Of a stretch of 9,480 nucleotides of DNA, positions 1-7,899 are shown in pieces. A program made the translations under genes and the position numbers. The DNA comes from Paraspadella gotoi (taxonomy: Eukaryota; Animalia; Chaetognatha): assembly GCA_051294375.1 (NCBI GenBank), contig JBJCIZ010001313.1, positions 1 through 9,480 of the forward strand, given 5' to 3'. Numbering within the stretch: position 1 is the first letter of the stretch; each line of letters begins with the position of its first letter. The notes under the pieces were generated by a model. That model searched no databases. It saw nothing but the letters and a program-made list of their open reading frames with translations, and was not told where the DNA came from.

Positions 1-2007
1 TCGCGGGCATTGTGCCTCTTCTTCGGAGTAAGTGTCTCACCAATGATCAATTCCGCGGCTGGAACTTACCGCCGCGAAACTCGCCGCCCGACTTCGTCCA
101 ATCTTGTCTTGGATCAGGTTTCATGAGGAATATTCGAGGAGTTGTTTTCTGGAACGGATTCGCATAAACGTCATCAAGCAATTCGCGACAGTATAGCGCG
201 TTCCATCCCGTTTTTCAAAACAATCGAATCTCTCGAATTCGTGAAATCTCCGGAGTTAGACGAATGAGATACGTCCGACTTCAGTAACCGGCAGATTATT
301 GCGAGTCGGGGTTTATCTACTGGAAAAGATGAAGAGTGAAGAAGTTCTATCGTGTCCAGAATTTCTTTGGAACCCGGATACACTTGACCGACAAACGTGT
401 TTGATATCACGCGTAAGTCTGAAGATCCCAGAGCGATCTGAGAAAAAAGCGTAGTCGGATGCCCTCACCGCTTCTCCTGCTTTCCTTCACGTTTTTCTGG
501 AGATCGTGGATGCTCGACTACGCCCGTCAATTTTCCGTCTTGGTCAGGCAAAGCGTCAAGAAAAACCGGCCTTTGCTTTGCGCGTGTCTGAAACCTTGCG
601 TTGGAAGGGCCTTCAAACGCAATCGTGCGGGCGAAAAGCATCCCTCGAATCTAACTTAGTCGATATTCAACTCGACGGCGGATCGCCTCATTCGCCTAAT
701 TCCAAATCAATATTTTCGGTTCTGAGAATGGAATTTCTACTGAAAATTCGATCACCGGCTCCTCAACTTCGAAAGAATTGAATATTAAAAATTCGCTACT
801 CTTCGTAAGTTGTCTCCTTTCGTCGACGCGGGGGAGAGATGCGCGTCGGCGGCCGACTTGCATGCGGCGACGCTTCCTTCGAGGCGAAACATCATAATTG
901 CCTACGACGACGATCTAGTTCGCGCCCTTACCGAGATGTACATAGACCCGAGGGTCATGGGGATTGAGCAAACCTGCAGCGAGATTCGGACGCAGTTTGG
1001 ATCCTCCGGGCACGTCAAGCGGATCCGTCGAGTCCTCACAAAATGCGTCTACTGCCAAAAAAGCCTAAGCCACTCGGAACATAAAAAAATGCGCCTCTCA
1101 TCTACAGGACGGCCGCCGGGCCGCCGCATATAGGGAATGTCGGCGTCGATGCGCTCGGGCCCTTCGACATAAAAATGGACAGATGCTCGACATAAGCGGC
1201 TGGGTGGCGCTTTTACCTGTCCACTCTCCGCGCCGTTCATCTCGAGATTATTTTCTCTCTCGACTCTTCCTCATCACTGCTTCGATGCGCGAAGGAAAGA
1301 GGCCGGGCATACGGCATCTCCTTCAGCGATAACCGCAACTAATTTCAAAGGTGCCGACAAAGCTCTGCGCGATGCTTTCAAGGAAGTGGACCGAGCGATC
1401 ATGAATAAAAAATATCCAATCGCTTGCTCGACTGGGACTAGTCGCCGGCTCTCACGCCGCATTAGCGGTGTTTGAGAAAGTTGGTCCGCACGGCAAAGCG
1501 GCATCTTTATGCATACTTGGTGACCGGGCCGCTTTCGATGGAAGACGTTTCGCAACCGTCATCACCGCGCCGGAGGGAATATCAACCGGCGACCTTTAAA
1601 CGCGATAAGCAGCGATGCTAAAAGACCTTCTACCTTGACGCCAGCTGAAACATATCTTATCCGGGGTTCGCGATCGGAACGAAGCGCCGTAGTCTTAACC
1701 ACCGGCTCCGTCTCCGGCGACTTCATTGCGTTTGGAGTACTAAGCACAGCGTGGATTGACTGTCAATTCGAGCGTCGCTTTCCTCCGCGACTATTTGACC
1801 CTAGTTCTCGCAACGCCGCGATACGTGGCAAACGATCGCTTCCGGTCTCAAGGTCGGCCAGCTCGTTCTACCTATGTTGAACGAAACCAAGGCCAGGAGG
1901 CGAGTCGGAGGCTGCGTCATAGAAGCGTGCATGGCGACGAACACCACGCGCGAACGCCGTTCGTGCGGACCGCGAATGGAAAGAATCTTCGAGCGAGATC
2001 GATCTAA
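1..2007 (+). pseudogene. pol: Frameshifted BEL/Pao pol: RNase H region, integrase zinc-binding region, DDE core and BEL-type integrase C-terminal region
   Basis: Motifs read across shifting frames in the expected order: SIPRLELTAAKLAARL (47-94), VVFW/TDS (141-162), NPAD/IASRG-like (286-312), LSPFVD..MRVGGRL (810-859), IRRVLTKCVYC (CxxC at 1044-1055), VGVDALGPF (1139-1165, first catalytic D), RAVHLEI (1229-1249), FSDN/ATNFKGADKALRDAF (1322-1379, second D), GV*E (~1467-1478), INRRPLNAISSDAKDLLP/LTPA (~1580-1646), FLRDYL (~1779-1796), VRTANGK (1963-1983), stop TAA 2005-2007. These match my recollection of the BEL/Pao pol consensus. Many indels and stops. Confidence 0.92.
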
Positions 2008-2132
2008 GATCGTCTCGTTTGAATTAGATGAGTGAAAGTAAAAAAATATTAGTACTCACCTCAAAGATCTGTACTCTTTGTGACTATTTATTCCATTTAT
2101 TGCTTTGCACGACCGAAATATTTGATAGAGGC

Positions 2133-2192
2133 TTTGGCCGAAAGCGAAGATTCGTTTTTTCCCAAATTTGCTTTGATTTCGCTTCGGCCGAA
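2133..2192 (+). other. Long hairpin ~125 nt downstream of the pol stop
   Basis: TTTGGCCGAAAGCGAA (2133-2148) pairs with TTCGCTTCGGCCGAA (2178-2192): 15 bp with one G-U and one bulged A. Confidence 0.6.
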
Positions 2193-2719
2193 TTTTTCCC
2201 CATAGGGACTCCACTAACCAGAAATTCAGATTAAATGTTTTTCAGATTTGAATTTTTGATTTTTATTTTTACTGTTTAAGACAATGTTTTCTCAGATTCT
2301 GTTTTGTTTTGGTTAGTACTATATTTAGAATTTATTTTATTATTTTAAGTGCTTGGAAGTAGGTTTTAAAGAAAAAATATTTTATTTATTTTCGATTTTC
2401 GTAGTGCGATCCCTACTCGAAAATTTTTTTTTTTTCAAGATTTTGACAGGAAAATGAAAATTTTAAATTGTTCGAATTCGTTTAATTATTTATGTACGAA
2501 TTTCACAGTGTACAGAAGTTCAAATTTGGATTTTGGCGACAGTCGTAATCGTTTAATCCATTTTTTTTATTTGTTTATTCGGTTTTTCAGCGTACGTCAA
2601 CACACGGGCCTGTTCTATATTTTTGAAGTCGCGACCTTGTGTATTTTTATGAAAAAAGAAAAAATAATATTTTTTATTGCATTTATGGTTTTAATACGGC
2701 GTTGCGGTTTTGTTGCCTC

Positions 2720-2747
2720 GTCCTTTGTTTTTCTCCTTTTTCTCAAG
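2720..2747 (+). promoter_or_regulatory. Candidate 3' splice acceptor upstream of the accessory ORF
   Basis: Polypyrimidine tract TCCTTTGTTTTTCTCCTTTTTCTC followed by AAG|G at the AT-rich to GC-rich transition. Alternative TTTAG acceptors end at 2753 and 2784. Confidence 0.35.
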
Positions 2748-2802
2748 GTTTAGTACCGATTTGCGTGAAAGAAACTTTATTTAGAATACTCAAAGCTTCG
2801 AT

Positions 2803-4326
2803 ATGCAGGCTTCCACCAGTTCTCAGGTGTCGTCTGGGTGGCACATTCCGGTTCGTCTTTCATGCCGTCCAGCTCAGTGATGGACGCTTCAAGCGACTCG
2901 TGTCGGTCACTCCGCCGACGGGAACTTCAAGCAGAAATCCCGGCGACCTCGACGTGAAAGGACTCGGAAGGTGTTGGGGAAGTTTTGGAGGACAGGGATC
3001 TGTTCTTCTGCCGGCCCCGCCGAAGTAGACAGGTTCTTGAATGCGCTCAGGGTGTCAGGCATGTTCAAGTCCTGTAACTCGATAGAGGTCCCGCTTCGGT
3101 GGGATGGGACGAATTTGCCCATCGACTTGGATCTCTCGTCACAATCGAGAGCCACGTTGGTGACGGATTTTGAATCCATGACCGACTGCGAGCGTGAACC
3201 GCAGGGCTCTAACGGACGCGCCGCCTGCCCGCAAGGGGAGACGACGACGCCGTGAGCCATCCTCTTCTTCTGAGACGGTGCAGACCCCGCGCCTCCCCAG
3301 CGCAAATCAAGGGTGCCCGTCTAGGTCGTGCTGTGGGAGCTCGACCTGCAGAAGATAAAGGTCCGGCATCCCGTACCAGAGCAACGAGGGCGGCGCGGCC
3401 ATCGCCCGTCCTCGGATTACTCGGCCGCGCAGTTATCGTCAACGCGGGGAGCCTGGCGTCCCAAGTTGATCGCCGGTGACCTGCGTGATCGTTTGCACAC
3501 GAGGGCGATATCGCGCGGACCTGAACCAAGTTCCGGCACCTAACAAGTAGCAGTGGCGTCTGCTCCGCATCGTGGCCAGCCGGAGTCAACCCGCTCCTTC
3601 CCAGCGGGCCTCCAGTGCGGCTCAGCCGCCAGCGGTCAATCGACGACGAGGCAGCAGAAGAAGAACGACGGCTTCGTGAGCTCAAGCGCCGGCAGCGGCG
3701 GGGTAAAGTGGCTTCTGCCTCTGCCCCGTCTAGTGCTCCGCTTGTGCCCGAAGTTCGGAGGTCCTCGAAGTAGCAGCTTCAGTTCCGGATCTTGCAGAGG
3801 TGGTGCAAGATTTGCAGGAGGAGCAGCAGGAGGCAGTGTTGGTGCTGCACCCGGAGAAGATATGGATCTGGGAGAAGGCGCAGAGGAAGCATCGGGAGCT
3901 GTAACGGCCCTGGTGGCGCGCCTGAAGAGCTGGCTGGGTCGGCAGCCTTGGAGTGGACGGCGGCATCGCCCCTCCCTCCGGTTCCAACTTCGGATGAGGA
4001 TATGATCCTTTGTCCTACGCCAGAGAGGAAGGAGAGGCGGGAGAGTGAAGGCGGCCCTTCAGAGCACAGCGTCAGCTGGGGCGGGTTTCGAGGCGCTTCC
4101 TTCACAAGAAGTTGTCGCGGAGCCTCGTCGAAGGCAGGAGAGATCCCCCGAGGCGATCAGTGACGTACGTCGGCTCTTCGAGTCAGGTGTCTCGTCGCCG
4201 AAGGGTAAGGCTTCTTCCCGGGGTCGGGCGAAGGGTCGCGGGGCAGGCCGACCGGGAGTCCGGCAGCAGCCAGAGAGAGTAGCGGTGCTATCCAACTGCC
4301 CGCTAGCTCTCTCTTTGTGTAAATAG
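2803..4326 (+). pseudogene. Decayed accessory ORF (~500 codons, several frameshifts) downstream of pol; basic/acidic low-complexity protein, not env-like
   Basis: GC-rich island with protein-like blocks in alternating + frames: FRFVFHAVQLSDGRFKRLVSVT; KVLGKFWRTG..EVDRFLNALRVSGMF..LPIDLDL (ORF 2971-3255); ALTDAPPARKGRRRRREPSSSS (RKGRRRRR at 3230-3253); DLRDRL (3478-3495); SIDDEAAEEERRLRELKRRQRRGK (3636-3707); EVLEVAASVPDLAEVVQDLQEEQQEAVLVLHP (3758-3853); ..SRGRAKGRGAGRPG..CK* (TAG 4324-4326). The start codon and frame path are inferred. Confidence 0.55.
4272..4314 (+). other. 14-bp hairpin overlapping the end of the accessory ORF
   Basis: AGAGAGAG-TAGCGG (4272-4285) pairs with CCGCTA-g-CTCTCTCT (4300-4314). 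Confidence 0.6.
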
Positions 4327-4938
4327 TGGGCAGCCTTGGTGTCCGTGGGGTCCCGGCGGGGAGACCTTTGAGATTTGATTTTCTTTTTTTTTTTAGTTGT
4401 TTGCCGGGACGTTTAGTATACAGCCCTATCCTCCCTTCTGGAGATATGGGGGCTAAAATTTATTACGGCACATCGAATCATTGTTTAATAGGTTTTGGGG
4501 TGTACGGAAGCTCCCTCCCCTGTTAAAACTGCTGAGCTATTTAAATATGGGTAGTTATATGTCACGTGATTTACTTGCTTAACTTGGCACAGTAAGTAAG
4601 TAATATTACGCGCGTTGTGTCGGTCTACGGGTTTTTTCCAGTCAGGCACCCTAAACAATTATTAAATGTGCTTATGGTAAGATAAAGTCGCAAAAAGTAC
4701 CTTTGATTATAAACTACCTAGGCTAGTTTTTAGTCTACATTTTTTCCGCACAAATGTAAATACGTTATATTGTTTATTTCTTATTGTTTTATTTCGTGCC
4801 TTTTATAATTCAGAACACAACGAAGGTTTGACTCGTCGTTCGTCAAAGGTCAGTGGTTCTTCTACTCCTTGGGAATTTCATCTGACGACGTTCGACGAAG
4901 GTTAGTCCATTGTTAGATTATAGACTTTTCTTATTTTC

Positions 4939-5164
4939 TAGTCTGCGTCCGTTCTATACGGCCAGACTATATGTTTCATATTAAATTTTTTCGTCTGCGT
5001 CCGTACTACGGCCAGACAAAATTTTTATATTTTTGTGTTTTTCCGGGTGTCGTCCCGAAGACCTGCGTCCGTAACCGCGGCCAGGTATATATTTTCTTTG
5101 TCCTGCGTCCGTAACCGCGGCCAGGAATTTAACCCCAATCTGCGTCCGTCTCTACGGCCAGATT
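4939..5164 (+). repeat. Array of five structured repeats, consensus CTGCGTCCGT-N(3-5)-RCGGCCAG, each a stem-loop with an asymmetric internal loop
   Basis: Copies at 4939-4969, 4993-5017, 5061-5086, 5101-5126 and 5137-5164. Outer stems TAGTCTG/CAGACTA, GTCTG/CAGAC, ACCTG/CAGGT, TCCTG/CAGGA, AATCTG/CAGATT. Loops TCTAT, ACT, AACC, AACC, CTCT. Spacers 23, 43, 14 and 10 nt. Confidence 0.95.
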
Positions 5165-5573
5165 TTTTATTTTAAAGTTTTTCGAGTAGCGTGGATTTTT
5201 CTTTTCTGTTTTGTCTTAAAATAATTGAAAAAAGAACGTCAACAGTTTTACAGTCGTAGTATTTTTCTTTTCTGTTTTTGTTTTTGTTGGACGGGCGTTT
5301 TTTTTATTTCAGAGCGATGGCCCGGTCCGCCAGTAAAGAGGAAATGGTTGAAATGTCTTGGAAACGCTTTAGAGCGTTGAGTTTTCTTTTTAATTATTTA
5401 GAGTTTTTTATTTTTTAAAATTATAATTTCCGAGCGTTTTTTATAAGGGTTTTAATTTCTTAAAAATAAATAGATATTTGACTTTTATTATTTTATACTT
5501 TTGTATATTAAAGCCTCCTTAGAGCGCGAGCCCGTCTTGCTCTTTTTCGGGAGTTTACTCTAAATAGTTAACA

Positions 5574-5806
5574 GGCCTTCGCGCCTGAAAGGATAGGCCC
5601 TTTTTTTTATTTTTGACGATGGCGCTCAAAGCCTTTCTAAAAGGCTAATTTTCTCTTTTCTGGGAGCTGAAAAGCTCGTCTTCGGATTTAGCTATTTTTC
5701 ATTTTGATCAATAGTTATTTTATTTCGTTTACTTCGCTTTTTCTGCTTTATTCAAATTCAGCTGAAAAGCTGGATTCTCCTGTGGCGGAGTAGGGTTGGG
5801 ACTCCG
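5574..5806 (+). other. Cluster of short hairpins including two AGCT-GAAA-AGCT tetraloop hairpins and a C(UUCG)G loop
   Basis: GAGCT gaaa AGCTC (5664-5677), ATTCAGCT gaaa AGCTGGAT (5756-5775), GTC ttcg GAT (5678-5687), AGCCTTT cta AAAGGCT (5630-5646), CGGAGT..ACTCCG (5786-5806), GGCCT..AGGCC (5574-5599). Confidence 0.6.
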
Positions 5807-6437
5807 AAATACGATTCGTTTCCTGTAAAACGCGGCGAAATTGTTATTTTCTAATCATTTTCTTTTAGTCGCGTTCACCGGCGGATTCCCTATTTTTTCT
5901 GCACTTAGCTAACCTTTTTTATGGGGGTGCCCCGCTTCAATGCCAAAAATTTTTTTTTGATCAATTATTTTTTGTTATCATTGTGTTTGTTTTGTATTTC
6001 TGCACTATGTCGACTTGATCGGCATAGGGGCGCCTTTGGACGGAGTCTCACTTTGTTTCTTTTGCGTTGACGTCCGTCACGCTGAAGGGAGCATTGTCGA
6101 GAGGGTATTACCTTCATGGCTGGCGGGGAGGTCCGTGGGAGGCTTGTCCGTGCGACGGAAAGTCGGCCCGTTCCAGCCTCTCTCGCTAACGCAAGTATTA
6201 ACGTCTTTGACCTTATTTAAATCTTAATATTTTTGCTTTTTTCCCTTTTTAGAGTATTTTTAAATTTTTTATTTCGTTATCGTTGCGTCACTATTCGCGA
6301 TTTTTCGGTGGATAACGCTATATTTCATCATATCCGTTACGCCCCGCATTATTGCGTTATATTGACTCATCGATAATTGGTTTCCCAGCCATCGATTTTT
6401 TCGATGCATCGTCGATGGCTAGCGTAAATTACACCCA

Positions 6438-6891
6438 TTTTTTCCCACGCGTGCGAATCTTTCCCCAAATTTCCCACGTGTGTGAATGCACGCAATATCC
6501 GGTTTCGCCTGCGTGCGACGGCACTTCCGGTTCAAGGTGACGCTCGGATCGTGACGACGATTACGGGTTGAAGCTTTGGATCTCGAAGCGGCGCGTCGAG
6601 CGTAGAGGACTTGGTACGGCGGACATTCCGGGATTGATTGGCTGTTTTTACGGTTTAGTTTTATATTTTTTGGCTTTTTTAACATTATTTTTTTGCTTTA
6701 GTTAAATATTTATTTTTTAGGTTTTTAGTTATTTTGTATGTTTGGTTTTCGACAGGTTAACCTCAACTTTCAATCGATCGTACGGCTTCGATTATCTCCG
6801 AGAAAAGTGTTATTAACCATCATGCCTTTTTTCCCAGGTTTTCGTAACTTTCGCTCGGGGGAAATTTGCGATTTTCCTTCGCTGGGGGAAA
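6438..6891 (+). other. Putative large multibranched cis-acting RNA structure with long-range nested pairing
   Basis: Nested complementary blocks: TTTTTCCCA-c-GCG/CGC-TGGGGGAAA (6439-6451/6880-6891), CAAATTTCCC/GGGAAATTTG (6466-6475/6859-6868), CACTT/AAGTG (6522-6526/6805-6809), CTCGGA/TCCGAG (6543-6548/6797-6802), CGTgACGACGATT/AATCGaTCGTACG (6550-6562/6772-6784), GTTGA/TCAAC (6567-6571/6763-6767), GTCGA/TCGAC (6595-6599/6749-6753). Side hairpin GCACGCA/TGCGTGC (6488-6516). Confidence 0.55.
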
Positions 6892-7032
6892 TTTCTCCCC
6901 AAGCATTACAAATTAACTACGCGTAGTTCTCCCTTTGTATTTTTGGACTTAGCGTTTTTTGCTAAATTTTTTTTTTTTTTCTCGAAAAATTTTTTCTTTT
7001 TGTACGAACAGGTTCGTTCCTCTCCGTTCGTG

Positions 7033-7041
7033 CGGGGGGTA
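7033..7041 (+). promoter_or_regulatory. Candidate polypurine tract (plus-strand primer) of the BEL element
   Basis: CGGGGGGTA, preceded by a hairpin (GTACGAAC 7002-7009 / GTTCGTGC 7026-7033) and followed directly by the candidate LTR start. A G-run plus 2-4 nt before the LTR TG is typical of BEL elements. Confidence 0.45.
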
Positions 7042-7892
7042 CGACCAATTTTTCGATATGAATAATTTAGTATTTATTAGAAAAAATATTTTTAATAATA
7101 CTTTGTTCGTTTTTTAGAAAATGGATATTTTTCGATTTATTAGTATTAAGGTTACTAACCCATTGAATTTCAAAGCTTTCTTTTAGTTTCTTTTCAGATT
7201 CGTTTTCGTAGGAACGTTGAGAAAAAGGTGAAGATTGAGTCAAGGTCAAGGTTCTTGGTTAAGCGAGAGGAGGACAAAACAACCAACGCTCGCCAAAGCG
7301 TGTTCTTCCCGACCAGAACAAGACGGAGAACGAAACCACTCTTCGGAGCGGTGTTGCCAACCACCCACTGCATAGGAACGCCCGATCTGTCCACATTTTT
7401 TGTATTTATTTAGCTTTTGTATTTTTGATAGCTCAAGAGAAGATGGCGACAATTTAGAGTAGGAAGAATAATATAGATTATCTCTCTTTGATCGTTTATA
7501 TTATTCATAATTTGCCCTAACGTTTTTTCAGCTTTTATAAAATTTTTGCTTCGACTTTCGAATGTCTCTAGACGGACGGAGCCTCGCGAGTCGACGCTAA
7601 AATATCACATTATTTAGGCTTTCGGAGTGACGGTCTCCCTTGTTCAGACTGTCTCCCTGCGCGCGCTTAGGCGGCGGCTTTCCTTACGTATAGCCGATTC
7701 CGTTCAGAATTGGTTGGGAAAAGTCGTCGGAACTTCGAATATTTTTTCTAATCGGTTACGATAAGTTGTTTGTTTGACCTTCGCCTCCTCTGGTGCGTCG
7801 AACAACTTTACCGAACACCCTTTATAGTACTACCCTATCGAACGCTTACGACGCGGTTCTCTGATGGCAAGTAAATCGTTTCGTATTCGTCA
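7042..7892 (+). repeat. Candidate 3' LTR (~850 bp)
   Basis: Starts CGACCAAT (TG apparently mutated to CG) and ends ATTCGTCA; the reverse complement of the end, TGACGAAT, matches the start at 6 of 8 positions. TATAAAA at 7536-7542. There is no second LTR in the window to confirm it. Confidence 0.45.
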
Positions 7893-7899
7893 GGATGCT

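Larger units (their letters stand above)
1..7892 (+). mobile_element. BEL/Pao (Belpaoviridae) LTR retrotransposon, 3' part: pol RNase H/integrase remnant, long post-pol region, candidate PPT and 3' LTR; decayed copy
   Basis: BEL-type pol motifs at 1-2007. The CpG-rich/T-rich composition continues to ~7890. A G-run at 7034-7039 precedes a segment bounded by an imperfect terminal inverted repeat (CGACCAAT ... ATTCGTCA). The family call is strong; the 3' boundary is inferred, and the 5' part lies outside the window. Confidence 0.7.

Noticed and set aside
174-1747. Short minus-strand ORFs over the first 1.8 kb
   Set aside because: They are antisense shadows of the pol remnant, whose motifs are all on the + strand.
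2907-4295. Minus-strand ORFs (2907-3305, 3209-3685, 3730-3987, 3779-4105, 4059-4295) as a gag-like or antisense gene
   Set aside because: No CCHC knuckle or other motif. They are best explained as GC-rich shadows of the + strand accessory ORF.
4882-4910. Hammerhead-like CTGACGA..GAAG on the + strand
   Set aside because: GAAG instead of GAAA, and no consistent stems I and III.
4939-5164. CRISPR array
   Set aside because: The variable part lies inside the repeat (loop), spacers are 10-43 nt and mostly low-complexity, there are no cas genes, and the context is a eukaryotic retrotransposon.
4939-5164. Iron-responsive elements (tandem hairpins with a bulged C)
   Set aside because: The loops lack the required CAGUGN sequence and are the least conserved part.
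5574-5700. Bacterial rho-independent terminators, or rRNA/ITS or group I intron fragments (hairpins followed by T runs)
   Set aside because: No bacterial genes and no rRNA or group I core motifs recognised. T runs are ubiquitous in this strand-biased region.
6015-7452. Small ORFs of 60-88 aa in the structured region and candidate LTR
   Set aside because: Mostly non-ATG starts, Phe/Lys-biased translations reflecting T/A runs, and no recognisable motifs. The 7210-7392 block is kept only as a possible exon-like segment.
7878-7893. Hammerhead ribozyme core on the minus strand (CTGACGA-atac-GAAAC), attractive because PLEs carry hammerheads
   Set aside because: Stem II cannot pair (ATAC), and no downstream NUH is followed by a strand complementary to stem I (GCATC). 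It also coincides with the candidate LTR end and is antisense to, and ~550 nt from, the PLE ORF.
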